Both the position numbers and the translations under genes were made by a program. The notes under the pieces are model-generated. The model made no database searches and was not told where the DNA came from. It saw only the letters and a list, made by a program, of their open reading frames with translations. From sequence record PV231354.1: a stretch of DNA of 64,000 nt. The stretch is one strand, 5' to 3'. Positions 29,901-40,900 of this stretch are shown piece by piece. Within the stretch, counting starts at the first letter, position 1, and the number at the start of each line of letters is the position of its first letter.

Positions 29901-30343
29901 TGCGCTACTTCCTGGACACCGAGTTCAACGCGTTCGGCGGCGACCTGATCTCGCTGGCCCTGGTCCGCGAGGACGGGGCCTACATCTACCTCATCTACCC
30001 CAAGCTCGACGAGTACGATCCCTGGGTCGCCGAGAACGTCCTGCCCAAGCTGCGCCCGACCGGCATCGCCTGCACCGAGGTCGACCAGCAGCAGGGGGCC
30101 GTCCACATCGCCGAGTTCCTGAAGGGCGATCCCTCGCCGATGATCGTCACCGACTGGCCCGACGACATCCGCTACTTCTGCGCCGCGATCATCACCGGCC
30201 CTGGGCAGATGGCGCCGATCCCCGGTCTGGCCTTCCAGATGATCCGCATCGACGCCTACCCGACCAAGCTGGCGGGCGCGACCGAGATGCAGCACAACGC
30301 CCTGTGGGATGCGCGCGCCCTGCGCTATCTGCTGCTGTCGTGA
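29900..30343 (+). CDS. DnaQ/DEDDh-like 3'-5' exonuclease
   Basis: YFLDTEFN...LISLALV...HNALWDARAL. Confidence 0.85.
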   Translation: MRYFLDTEFNAFGGDLISLALVREDGAYIYLIYPKLDEYDPWVAENVLPKLRPTGIACTEVDQQQGAVHIAEFLKGDPSPMIVTDWPDDIRYFCAAIITGPGQMAPIPGLAFQMIRIDAYPTKLAGATEMQHNALWDARALRYLLLS

Positions 30344-30873
30344 GGCCGACCAGCCGGCGGGGGCGCAAGAAGCCCCCGCGCAACTACCGGATGATGGCGG
30401 CGACCTCGACGGTCGGGGCGTCCGCCACCCACCGTACCTATCCGGGCAAGCTGGTCGCGCCCGCGCCGGGCCACTGCCGCTGGTGCAACGCCGGCATCTT
30501 CAAGCCGGACGGCACGATCAATCGCCGCAAGACCTTCTGCTCGCAGGTCTGCGTCTCCCACTACCTCCTGCGGGCCGATCCCTCCGAGATGCGCCGCCAC
30601 GTCTTCTTCCGCGACCAGGGGGTCTGCGGCATGTGCGGACAGCGCTGGCTCTACCTGGACGATAAGTGGCAAGCCGACCACATCGAGCCGTTGTTTATGG
30701 CCTTCGGGGACATCTCCTACTGGGAGCCCGAGAACGTCCAGGTCCTCTGCACCGACCCCTGCCACAAGGAAAAGTCGGCCTCCGACATGCGGAAATACGG
30801 CTTCGTCCTGAAGATGACCAAGCCTGCCAAGCAGGCCCAGCCCCACCGGCGCCTAGCCGAAAGGTTGGGGTGA
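30340..30873 (+). CDS. HNH endonuclease
   Basis: CRWC..., RDQGVCGMCG...WQADHIEPL...NVQVLC..CHKEKS. Confidence 0.85.
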   Translation: MRPTSRRGRKKPPRNYRMMAATSTVGASATHRTYPGKLVAPAPGHCRWCNAGIFKPDGTINRRKTFCSQVCVSHYLLRADPSEMRRHVFFRDQGVCGMCGQRWLYLDDKWQADHIEPLFMAFGDISYWEPENVQVLCTDPCHKEKSASDMRKYGFVLKMTKPAKQAQPHRRLAERLG

Positions 30874-31033
30874 GTCAAGCGCGAAAAGTCGTGAATCTTG
30901 ACATTCCACGAATTTTTTGCTAGAACTCCCAGCATCCCGATTGAGGCTGGCGCCCATCCCCGACAAAGCCAGTCGTCTCGCAACGCGACGGGTCGTCGCC
31001 CACTCCACGGGGTCCGTGGAAAGAGAGAAACCT

Positions 31034-31825
31034 ATGCCTGTTCTTACGTATGATACCCTCGACATGGTCCCCGAGGGCCTGCGCGAGGTGGCGAAGCAAG
31101 TCGATGGCAGCGACAAGTTCAGCGTGAACGTCGTTCCGGCCAAGACGATCGACGAGTTCCGCGACAACAACATCAAGATTTCGAAGGAGCGTGACTCGCT
31201 CCTGGAACGGCTGGGCGTTCTGGAGCCCATCGTCGGGGAAGACCCCGCCGGCTTCCAGGCCAAGCTCGCCGAACTTCAGTCGATCGCCCAACGGGTGGCC
31301 GACGGTGACCTGAAGGAAGGCCGCACCCTCGAAGAAGCGCTTCAGAAGCGCACCGAGGAAATGCGGAAGCAGTACGACGAGCAGCTTCAGAAGACGGGCA
31401 AGGACCGCGCCGCGTGGCAGTCCAAGCACGACGACCTGGAGCGCCGCTTCAAGCAGTCGCTGGTGTCGAACGCGATCACCGCCGCTGCGATGGCGCAGGG
31501 CTCGGGCGTCGATCCGACGGCCATCGGCGACGTGGTCCGCTCGGGCCTCGACGTCTTCAAGGTCGACGATCAGGGCCGCCTGACCCCCTATGCGGGCGAT
31601 GCTCCGATCTACGGCGCCGACGGCGTCACGCCGATGACCGCCAAGGAGTGGCTGGCCAAGCTGAAGGAGGAGAAGCCCTACTTCTTCCTCAACAGCAGCG
31701 GCGGCGGCGCCGGTGGCGACAAGACCAAGACGGTCCATGGCGTCTCGGCCGAGAAGCTGAAGGGCATGTCGGCGGCCGAACGGCTGGCGATCGCCAACAA
31801 CGAGAAGTCGGCGCGTCTGCGCTAA
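31034..31825 (+). CDS. Capsid scaffold protein
   Basis: Coiled-coil protein directly upstream of MCP; C-terminal EKPYFF...SGGG...AERLAIA. Confidence 0.7.
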   Translation: MPVLTYDTLDMVPEGLREVAKQVDGSDKFSVNVVPAKTIDEFRDNNIKISKERDSLLERLGVLEPIVGEDPAGFQAKLAELQSIAQRVADGDLKEGRTLEEALQKRTEEMRKQYDEQLQKTGKDRAAWQSKHDDLERRFKQSLVSNAITAAAMAQGSGVDPTAIGDVVRSGLDVFKVDDQGRLTPYAGDAPIYGADGVTPMTAKEWLAKLKEEKPYFFLNSSGGGAGGDKTKTVHGVSAEKLKGMSAAERLAIANNEKSARLR

Positions 31826-32083
31826 GTCACGAAACCCTGGTTTTGTGAGATGCGCCCTTCGGGGCAGGAGTTGCCGGGCTCTCCTAAAAGCCCGGAGCCA
31901 ATTCGCCTGAACGGGCATCGGAGCTTGAGCGCCTAGCTGGCGATCGCTCGCACAAGTCAAGTCACGAAACCCTGGTTTCGTGACAAGAGAATTCCCTCGG
32001 TGACTGCCGGTCGACCGAGGGACAGACCGAGACGGGGTCCGTCTCTCAACACGGCCGGCGCGAACACCAAAAGGAGCAAGCCA

Positions 32084-33019
32084 ATGGCTGCTGTGACCCT
32101 GCTGCAAGCGTCCGAAATGGCGCTCGGCAACGACGAAGTCAAGCGCGCCGCGATCATCGAGCTTTTCGCGACGCCCGACATCCTGCGCGTGATCCCGTTC
32201 CTGGACATCCAGGGCGGCGCGTACACCTACCTGCAAGAAGGCCAGCTCTCGGGCGTCGCCTTCCGGGGCATCAACGAGTCCTACGACACGTCGACCGGCG
32301 TGATCAACCCGCAAGTCGAGCGCCTGCGCATCGTCGGCGGTGACCTGGACGTCGACAAGGCCCTGCTGAAGACCCACGGCGCCAACGTCCGCTCGCAGCA
32401 GGAGCGCATGAAGGTCAAGGCTCTGAGCCTGTACCTCGCCGGCAAGATCGTCAACGGCGACTCGGAAAACGACCCGCGTGAGTTCGACGGTCTGCGCAAG
32501 CGCATCACCGGCTCGCAACTCTTCCCGGCCGGCAACACCTCGGGCGGCGACGCCCTGTCGCTGGCCGTCCTGGACGAAGCCATCGACGCGGTCGACGGTG
32601 CGACGCACCTGATCATGTCGAAGCGCATGCGTAACCTGCTCGCGCAGTCGGCCAACAACCCCAACGTCACCGGCTACGTGACCTGGGACAAGGACGAGTT
32701 CGGCATGCGCGTCATGCGCTACGCCGACCTGCCGATCCTGGTGACCGACTACGACGACAAGAACCAGCAGGTCATCGACTTCAACGAAGCCAACCCCGGC
32801 GGTGGCGCCGCTGTCGGCACCTCGATCTACGTCGTCAACATCGGCGACGAAGGCGTGGTCGGCCTCCAGAACGGCATCATGGAGATCGAAGACCTCGGCG
32901 AGATCGACGCCAAGCCGGTTCTGCGTACCCGCGTGGAATGGCTGGTTTCGCTGGCCGTCCTGAGCGGCCGTGCTGCCGCTCGCGTCTGGGGCATCAAGAA
33001 GGCCGCTGTCACCCGCTAA
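32084..33019 (+). CDS. Major capsid protein (HK97 fold)
   Basis: AAGGAG SD; VAFRGINESY, EFDGLRKR, RVEWLVSLAV; follows scaffold. Confidence 0.9.
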   Translation: MAAVTLLQASEMALGNDEVKRAAIIELFATPDILRVIPFLDIQGGAYTYLQEGQLSGVAFRGINESYDTSTGVINPQVERLRIVGGDLDVDKALLKTHGANVRSQQERMKVKALSLYLAGKIVNGDSENDPREFDGLRKRITGSQLFPAGNTSGGDALSLAVLDEAIDAVDGATHLIMSKRMRNLLAQSANNPNVTGYVTWDKDEFGMRVMRYADLPILVTDYDDKNQQVIDFNEANPGGGAAVGTSIYVVNIGDEGVVGLQNGIMEIEDLGEIDAKPVLRTRVEWLVSLAVLSGRAAARVWGIKKAAVTR

Positions 33020-33095
33020 GGGTGATGGCTCAGGGGGCTTCGGCCCCCTGACCTTCCTGGACCTCGTCAACCCCATCTAAGCAGGAACTCCCCAG

Positions 33096-33542
33096 ATGGA
33101 ATCCAAGATTCGTCACCAGTACGACGCGCTCCTGGCGCTTCAGCCGGTCGGCACCGCTGCGGTCACCGCTGACGGTTCGTCCGTGAATTCGGTCGACCTG
33201 TACCGCATCGCCAACGGTCGCGGCGACATCGCCGGCCGCTACGGCATCGGTTCGTTCGACATCGTCTTCAACTTCAAGGCGATCACCACCGGCGGCACCG
33301 TCGCTGAGACCTACTCGGTCTCGGTCGTGACCACCGACGCGGCCGGCGCCAACCCGGTTGTCCAGCACACCTTCACGGTGGACGCTGGTCTGATCGGCGA
33401 CCCCTACGTCCTGGCCTTCCACCCGGCTTCGCTGAAGCTGAAGGATGCCGACGCGGCCAAGGTGAAGCTGACCATCGACGTCGCGGGCACCGCCCCGTCG
33501 CTCGACTTCTTCGCCTTCGTGGCTCCGCACTCGCACCAGTAA
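33096..33542 (+). CDS. Minor capsid/decoration protein
   Basis: AGGA SD; immediately follows MCP; beta-rich. Confidence 0.7.
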   Translation: MESKIRHQYDALLALQPVGTAAVTADGSSVNSVDLYRIANGRGDIAGRYGIGSFDIVFNFKAITTGGTVAETYSVSVVTTDAAGANPVVQHTFTVDAGLIGDPYVLAFHPASLKLKDADAAKVKLTIDVAGTAPSLDFFAFVAPHSHQ

Positions 33543-33578
33543 TGGGCGAGCCGGACCACCGGCAAGTCGACCAAGTCA

Positions 33579-33610
33579 AACCCCGGACCTCGCGGTCCGG
33601 GGTTTTTCTT
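33579..33610 (+). terminator. Intrinsic terminator after the capsid operon
   Basis: AAACCCCGGACC-TCGC-GGTCCGGGGTTT followed by TTCTT. Confidence 0.85.
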
Positions 33611-33741
33611 TGGACCCAGCCCGGAAGCTCTCCGGACTGTCGTGAATCTTGACACAAGGCCCGTTTCATGCCAGAAGTCAAGGTCTCTTTTGCGCGCGTC
33701 TTTTTAGGCGCGCCGGCCTTCCCCGAAACGGATATTTCCCC

Positions 33742-34101
33742 ATGAGCAACAAGAACCTCGTCGAAGTCTTCTCGCCCGAAGGCAAGCGCGAACTGCACTC
33801 CCGCCTGAACGCCAACGATCTGGTCAACGGCGCCGGCTGGACCTGGAAGAAGAACGCCAGCCCGGACGTCACGCCGGCCGCGCACGCGCCCTACCGCTCG
33901 ACCGCCAAGAACGGTCCCGAGCCGGCCCAGGCCGTCCTCGACATGGCGGGTCACCGCAACGATCGCACGATCGAAGAAGTCACCGGCGCCGCCGACGCTG
34001 ACGACACCGAAGTCGAGGACGAAGTCGTCGAGCCGGCCGCCGAGGAAGAAGCCCCGGCCGCTGCTCCGGCGCGCGGTCGCGGTCGCAAGGCGGGCGCCTA
34101 A
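33742..34101 (+). CDS. Hypothetical protein
   Basis: Downstream of late promoter; acidic C-terminus ending in GRGRKAGA. Confidence 0.75.
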   Translation: MSNKNLVEVFSPEGKRELHSRLNANDLVNGAGWTWKKNASPDVTPAAHAPYRSTAKNGPEPAQAVLDMAGHRNDRTIEEVTGAADADDTEVEDEVVEPAAEEEAPAAAPARGRGRKAGA

Positions 34102-34104
34102 GCC

Positions 34105-34386
34105 ATGCTGGAACTCGGCTACTTCGCAAAGACCTGGGTGCTCGACGTGACGTCGGCCTCGGACGCGTTCGACAATCCGGGCAACGGCCAGACGTTCGTC
34201 GTCCGCGCCGACCGCAAGGTGCATCTGGCGCGCTCGAACGATGCGGGGGCCGAGGCGACCACGGACGATTGTCCGCTGCTGGAAAACGAAGCCGCGCGCT
34301 TTGCGATGGAGGCTGGCGGCTCGCTGGCCTTCATCCTGGCGGACGGCGAGACCGACGGCAAAATCTACATCACCCAGGTGAACTAA
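34105..34386 (+). CDS. Putative virion protein
   Basis: Position in head module. Confidence 0.7.
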   Translation: MLELGYFAKTWVLDVTSASDAFDNPGNGQTFVVRADRKVHLARSNDAGAEATTDDCPLLENEAARFAMEAGGSLAFILADGETDGKIYITQVN

Positions 34387-34389
34387 CCC

Positions 34390-34782
34390 GTGGCCAACCA
34401 GTCCTACAAGCTCCACGACGTCATCATCGCCTACGTCAAGGCCGGCAACCCGGAACTCGGGTTGCTGACCGCTGCCCCTAACCCGGACGGCACTGGCGTG
34501 GTCGAGCCCAACAGCGTCTTCGGCTATGGACGCCAAGCCATCTCCTTCGGCTCGACCGTCCGCATGACGGGCGTCGACGCCGGCAAGTCCTCGATCTCCA
34601 ACACCGTGCCGATCGTCTTCGGCCCGACCGTCACCGATGGCTGGCCCACCGTCACCCACTGGGGCGTGTTCAACGAAGACGGCGACCTGCTCGATTACGG
34701 CCCGCTGCCGGCCACCCGCACCCTGCCGGTCGGGGACTCGATCTCGTTCGGCGTGGGCGCGGTGCAACTGCGCTACGCCTAA
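34390..34782 (+). CDS. Virion structural protein
   Basis: VTHWGVFNEDGDLLDYGPL...GDSISFGVGAV, typical of phage fibre-base proteins. Confidence 0.75.
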   Translation: MANQSYKLHDVIIAYVKAGNPELGLLTAAPNPDGTGVVEPNSVFGYGRQAISFGSTVRMTGVDAGKSSISNTVPIVFGPTVTDGWPTVTHWGVFNEDGDLLDYGPLPATRTLPVGDSISFGVGAVQLRYA

Positions 34783-34785
34783 CCC

Positions 34786-36729
34786 ATGGCTCGCGTCTGG
34801 ACTGCACGCGCCGGCGCCGTTGTCCGCTCCGAAGCGGTCATGGTGTCGAACATCGAGCAGGCGACTTCGTTCGTCGGCGAGATCGCGTTCGAGTCCACGC
34901 TCAAGCCGCTGGCGGGCCAGACCGCCGCTTTCGTCGCCGAGTTCGGCATCGACGGCGACTCGGTCTGGTGGCCCGGCTACCCGGTCGCCTTTGATCCGCC
35001 GTTCCGGATCATCGGCGAGTTCGGGCTTAGCCTGTCCAAGAGCGGCGGCTCGATCTTCCCGTTCGAGTTCGACCGGGGCATCGACGACAAGGACGCCCTG
35101 GTCCAGGCCCTCAACGACGCGGGCTATGAGGGCGGAGGCGGCGGCACCCCGTTCGACGACAGCTTCGACATCGTCCTGAGCGACGGCGACGAGGATGTCT
35201 CGCAAGGGGCCATTGATCTGACGGGGCTGTCGGTCGGCGAGTCGATCGTCAACCTCGACGTCCTCCTGGGCAAGCTGATCCCGCCGCAGCCGCCGGCCTT
35301 CCCGAACGGCACGCTCTCGATCAGCAACGTCTCGGGCAACGACCCGCGACTGGCGATCGGGTTCACCGACAACACCGCCTCGGGCCTGACGGCGGGGACT
35401 TCGGTCTCCCGGATCACGGCCTCGGGGGTTTCGACCTTCACGTTCAACGACATCGGTCCGGGCAAGGAAGGCACGCTCGCCGCGCTCCTCAACGGCGCCG
35501 AGGCCGCCAGCCGGGTCCTGACGGGCACGGACGAGGGCACCTACTCGGGTCTGGTCATCGCCGACCAGAAGGACTACCCGGCCGATCGCCCCGGCTTCTG
35601 GAAGTCGATGGACGTCAGCCTGAACCTCCTGGCGGTCCCGGTCGGCGTCAACAAGATCAAGCTGACCCATTCGGCGGCGGGGCAGACCAACGAAGCGGTG
35701 TTCATCCGCGACACCCTGACGGCGGTCCCGACGGTCTCGGCCGGCAGCGTCGTCCAGGAAGTCGCCGGTGCCCTGGCCTACTCGTCGAGCGTCCCACACT
35801 ACGGCACGGGCGCCTCGCTGACGGTGGGGATGTCCTACAACAACCTCGCGGGCGAGACCTACTATGGCGGGTCGGACCCGGTGACGATCTCGGGCTCCAA
35901 CTCGATCATCGCCGCCAAGTCCCTGAGCTACGGCTCGATCGGCTTCGTCACGCCGTTCGCGCGTAACACCACCGCCGCCCAGGCGATCAGCGCTCAGTCG
36001 ATCGCCATCGACGGGACCAACGTCCACACCTCGGGCGTCATCCAGGGCGTGGCGCGTAACGTCAACGGCGCATCCGCCACGGTCACCCTGTCGTCGACCA
36101 TCATCCTGGTCAAGCGCGGGACCGCGACGGGCAAGATCGACGAGCTTTCGGTGCCGGTCACCGGCATGGGCTCGACCCCCAACGGCCTCAACGCCCTGCG
36201 CGTGGGCCTGGGGGCGGGCGACACGCCGGCGGGCACGCCCCAGTCCTGGGATCAGACGGCGGCTCTGGCGACCCATGAAGCGGCCTGCGTCGCCGGCATC
36301 ATGGGGCACAACCAGAACAACTACGCCACCGGCTATCTGCCCCAGGGGCCGAACCTGTCGGTGGGGCGCTCGGGCGCCCAGTACGTCACCCTGTCGTTCA
36401 AGCGCGCGGCGCGCTCGACCTTCAGGATCGCCATCACCGGCTCCTACGCCGGCTGCTGGGTCAAGCTGCCGGGCGTCTCCACCGCCCAGCCCAACGCCCC
36501 GAACGGCTGGTGGAACGGTTTCCAGGCCTACGACGGCGCCGGTATTCCGGGCGAGGCCGGGGACCCCAACGCCGGCTGCGCCCTGGGCGCGGTCATGAAC
36601 GGGACCTCCGGGACCTTCCAGATCACCTTCGGCACGGAGTCGTCGACCAACGCGACCAACAACGAAATCCTGGTCCGCCTGAAGTTCGTCGCCGGGCAGA
36701 CGCTCACGGCGCTGAGCTTCACGAACTAA
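34786..36729 (+). CDS. Virion structural protein
   Basis: 647 aa, G/S/T-rich beta protein in the structural module. Confidence 0.75.
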   Translation: MARVWTARAGAVVRSEAVMVSNIEQATSFVGEIAFESTLKPLAGQTAAFVAEFGIDGDSVWWPGYPVAFDPPFRIIGEFGLSLSKSGGSIFPFEFDRGIDDKDALVQALNDAGYEGGGGGTPFDDSFDIVLSDGDEDVSQGAIDLTGLSVGESIVNLDVLLGKLIPPQPPAFPNGTLSISNVSGNDPRLAIGFTDNTASGLTAGTSVSRITASGVSTFTFNDIGPGKEGTLAALLNGAEAASRVLTGTDEGTYSGLVIADQKDYPADRPGFWKSMDVSLNLLAVPVGVNKIKLTHSAAGQTNEAVFIRDTLTAVPTVSAGSVVQEVAGALAYSSSVPHYGTGASLTVGMSYNNLAGETYYGGSDPVTISGSNSIIAAKSLSYGSIGFVTPFARNTTAAQAISAQSIAIDGTNVHTSGVIQGVARNVNGASATVTLSSTIILVKRGTATGKIDELSVPVTGMGSTPNGLNALRVGLGAGDTPAGTPQSWDQTAALATHEAACVAGIMGHNQNNYATGYLPQGPNLSVGRSGAQYVTLSFKRAARSTFRIAITGSYAGCWVKLPGVSTAQPNAPNGWWNGFQAYDGAGIPGEAGDPNAGCALGAVMNGTSGTFQITFGTESSTNATNNEILVRLKFVAGQTLTALSFTN

Positions 36730-36739
36730 GGGGGCGGCC

Positions 36740-37438
36740 ATGGCGATCAATAGCACTGAACTCGTCGACCGCCTGATCAAGCTGGTCGCCTTCGGGGTCA
36801 CCAAGACCGGCAAGGCGTCCGACAAGAGCGGCTCGAACGAATCGATCCCCTCTCCGTCCGTGGTGTTCCCCGAGAACATCTGGAACGAGAAGGGCCTCCT
36901 GCCGGCGCTGCCGCCGACCAGCGACAGCGCCCAGGTCAAGGTCTACTCGGGCGCCACGCGCATCCGGGCGACCGCCGATCCCACGGCCCAGCCCAACGAG
37001 ACGTGGCTGGCCACCTCGACCTTCGGAACGCCGTCGACGCGGCTGACCAATTTCATCGCCCCCTCGGTGGGTGGCTCGGGCTACGCCGCCCGCGTCTTCA
37101 TCGGGGACCCCAACACCGGCCCGGCCGCCCGCATCTTTCCCGACACCACCGGGGAAGAGTGGACCTTCGACTACATGGCCGGCGTCCTCAACTTCCCGAC
37201 CGCCGTGCCGGGAGCCAAGACCGCAACCATCGGCTCCGGCTCCGTCAGCATCGCGGCCAACGGCATCTATCTCGAACTCTACCGCTACATCGGCGCGACC
37301 GGCGGCGGCGGAGGCGGGGTCGACCCCGACAGCCTGGGCACCATGGCGTACCAGGATGCCGATGACGTCGACATCACCGGCGGAGCGATCCGCAACGTCG
37401 TCTTCACCAACGTCACCATCGACGGCGGTACGTTCTAA
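36740..37438 (+). CDS. Virion structural protein
   Basis: WTFDYMAGVLNF motif; structural module. Confidence 0.7.
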   Translation: MAINSTELVDRLIKLVAFGVTKTGKASDKSGSNESIPSPSVVFPENIWNEKGLLPALPPTSDSAQVKVYSGATRIRATADPTAQPNETWLATSTFGTPSTRLTNFIAPSVGGSGYAARVFIGDPNTGPAARIFPDTTGEEWTFDYMAGVLNFPTAVPGAKTATIGSGSVSIAANGIYLELYRYIGATGGGGGGVDPDSLGTMAYQDADDVDITGGAIRNVVFTNVTIDGGTF

Positions 37439-37456
37439 CCCTCAGGAGCCCCAACC

Positions 37457-37873
37457 ATGGCCTCGCTCGTCTACAACTCCATGCTGCACGATCTGGTCAA
37501 TGGCGACATCGCCTTTGACACCGACACCTTCAAGGTCATGCTGGTGACCTCGGCCTACACGCCGAACAAGGACACCCACACCCGCAAGAACCAAGTCACC
37601 AACGAAGTGACCGGCGCGGGCTACACCGCCGGCGGTCAGGCCTCGGCCGTGACCATCACGCCCGACACCGCCAACGACCGCGAGGACCTGTCGTTCGCGA
37701 CCGTGACCTGGACCAGCGCCACCATCACCGCCCGCGCGGCCGTGATCTACAAGGACACCGGCACGGCCTCGACCTCGCCGCTGGTCGCCTACGTCGACTT
37801 CGGCACGGACGTGTCGTCGACCAACGCGAACTTCGCCGTGTCGTTCTCGTCGCCGCTGCGCTTCCAGAACTAA
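37457..37873 (+). CDS. Virion structural protein
   Basis: DTFKVML.TSAYTP...EVTG.GYTAGG..., a common phage structural family. Confidence 0.8.
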   Translation: MASLVYNSMLHDLVNGDIAFDTDTFKVMLVTSAYTPNKDTHTRKNQVTNEVTGAGYTAGGQASAVTITPDTANDREDLSFATVTWTSATITARAAVIYKDTGTASTSPLVAYVDFGTDVSSTNANFAVSFSSPLRFQN

Positions 37874-37944
37874 TCCCTAGGTCACGAAACCAGGGTTTTG
37901 TGACCTAGCCCTCCCGTCCATCCTCCCGTCAAAGGTCTCCCGCG

Positions 37945-40900
37945 TTGGTCGATCTCGTCGCCGGCACGCCCGCTTCCGTTGCCTATTCCGGCAGCGCGGT
38001 GGAGTATGTCGTCAAGGCTGCGGGTCAGGTCGACATCTACCTGTGGGGTGGCGCGGGCTCGGGCGGCTACTATGCCAACGGTTCGGGCAACGCCAACAAG
38101 TTCGGCGGCGCGGGCGGCTACACCAATGCCCGCTTCATGGTCGATGTCGGCGACATCATCACCGTCGAGGTGGGCCAGGGCGGGCGCGTCCCGACCGGCT
38201 CGGGCACCACCGCGTCTGCCGGTGGCCTGGGCGGCTGGCCTGATGGCGGCTTCGGGGCGATCAACTCTGGCGCGGCTTGGGTTGCTCCTGGCGGCGGCGG
38301 CGGTTCGACCCGCATCTATAAGAACGGCGATCTGGTCGCCGTCGCGGGCGGCGGCGGCGGCGCCACGGGCTTCTACAGCGGCGGCAACGGCGGCGGCGCG
38401 CTCGGCATGGCGTCGACCGACGCCTCGTCCGGCGCGGGCGGCACGCAGCTTGCCGGCGGCGTGGCCGGCTCGGGCACGCTGGCTGTCCAGTCCGGCGGCT
38501 ACTTCCGGGGCGGTCAAGCCAGCACCGCCGCGAACGTCTCCAACGCCTACACGGGCGGCGGCGGCGGCGGCGGCTTCTATGGCGGCGCGTCCAACGGCGG
38601 CGGCTCGGGCGCGCACGGCTCGGGCGGCGGCGGCTCGGGCTGGCTGTCCCAGGCCACCGACGTCGCGGGCGCGTGCCGTGTTGCGCCGCAGGACGGCACG
38701 GGCGCTCCGATCAACCCGGCGGGCATCACCATTCCGGCCGGCACCGCGCAAGGCGGGGTCGGCCCCACGGTCGCAAGCACGGGCTGGGCCTCGATCACGC
38801 CGGGCGGCAACGGCTTTGCCTACCTCGCCCTGACCGACATCGGGGCCACGGCCTCGGCCCTGCCGTCGGGCAGTAGCACGCTCAGCTATACCGGAACCCG
38901 GCAGGTCTACGAGGTCACCGACATCTGCTCGGTCGACTTCGAGATGTGGGGCGGCGGCGGCGGCGGCGGCTTCTATACCTCTGGCGGCAACGCCGCGCGC
39001 TTCGGCGGCGCGGCCGGCTACACCAAGCTCACCCGCATCCTCTATCCGGGCGACATCGTCGAGGTCGAGGTCGCCCAGGGCGGTCAGGCCCCGAGCGGCG
39101 TCAGCCAGACCGGCGGCGCGGGCGGCTGGCCCAATGGGGGCTCCGGCGGACGCCCGGCGGCGGCGGCGCCCAACTTTGGTGGCGGCGGCGGCTCGACCAA
39201 CGTCTGGGTCAACGGACGTCTGCTGGCGATCGCGGCCGGCGGCGGCGGCTCGACCGGCTTCTACTACGGCGGTGTGGGCGGCGGGCGCTTTGGCCTCCAG
39301 TCGACCGACCAGACGACCAACAACGGCACCGGCGGCACCTGGGGCGGCGTCAACGCGGTCAGCAGCCAGGGTCGCGGCTATTTCCTGCAAGGCGGCCACG
39401 GCTCGCCGATCGAATCCCCGACCGTCGCGATCGCCACGGCTGGCGCGGGCGGCGGCGGCGGCTATTACGGCGGCGGGGGCGCCAAGGGCGGCTCGGGCAC
39501 GCACGGCTCGGGCGGCGGCGGCTGCGGCTACACCTCGGGCGATAACACCTACAACCGCGTTATGCAGGCGGGGACGCCTGCCACCGGCGCGCCCTACGAT
39601 CCGGGCACCAAGCCGGCTGGCGTGGGCGTGGGCGGAACGGGCGGCTCGTCGGCTGGCACCACCGGCCCTGGCGGCGACGGTGCGATCAACCTGACCGTCA
39701 CCCCCCTGACGAGTCTGCCGACCCTGCCGACTGGCAAGACGGTCTTCAGCTTCACCAACGCGGCTGAGCATTACGTCGCCGGAACCACGGGCCTGATGGC
39801 CCTGAAGGTCTGGGGCGCGGGCGGTGGCGGCTGCACGCGCTCGTCTGGCACGCTGCGGCGCGGCGGCGGCGGCGGCTTCTTCAAGGTCGACATCGTCAAG
39901 ATCAACCAGGGTGACATCGTCACCTTCGTGGTCGGCGAGGGCGGCAAGGGCATGCCCGGCCCGAACCTGGGCGGACGCGGTGGCTTCCCGAACGGCGAAT
40001 ACGGCAACGCCGGCGACGCCACGGGTGGCAACGCCGGCGGCGGCGGCTCCTCCCACGTCTACATCAACGGCAAGCTTGTTGGGGTCGCGGGTGGCGGTGG
40101 CGGTGGCGCGATCTCGTTCGACGGCGGCACGGCGGGTCTGGCGTCCTATCCGCCCAGCGGCGACGGCTTTGGCCCCTCCGGCTCGTCCCTCTTCTATGGC
40201 GGCTTCTCGCCCCAGCGCGGCGCGGAAGGCAACAACCGTGGCGTCTTTATGCTGGCCGGCATCGGTCAGATTGACGGCGGCACGATCGACACGCCCAACA
40301 ACCTCGCGGGCGGCGGCGGTGGCGGCGGCTACTGGGGCGGCGCCGGCTCGGCGCCCAACAACTCCCGCTTCCAGCCCGGCGGCCCTGGCTCCACCTACAT
40401 CACCGCCAACTATGTGGGCACCCAGCAGGCGGGCACCACCAGCGGCACCAACCTGTCCGATCCCGATTGGGGGTCCTCGGCCAGCGTGGGTGGCCAGGGC
40501 TCTAACACGCCCGGCAACTCCGTCACCAATGGTGGGCACGGGCGCATCGTCTGCTCGTTCGACATCCCGACTCTGCTGAACGAAAGCGTCAGCGCCAACG
40601 TCCCCGTGGCCTCGGCGGTCCAGACCTTCATGGTCGGCAACGACGGCACCATCACGCTCAAGGCCTGGGGCGCGGGCGGCGGCGGCTCGATGATGACCGC
40701 CAACAGCGGCTCGGAACTGGCCGGCGGCGGCGGCTATGCGGCGGCGACGCTCGACCTCAAGAAGGGCCAAATCCTGCGCGTCTATAACGGCGCGGGCGGC
40801 AATGGCGCGGTCTATACCAGCGGCGTCTCTGGGGCCTTCGTTGGCACCGGCGGTCCCGGCGGCTGGCCCGATGGTGGTCAGGGCGGCATGCACGTCTCGG

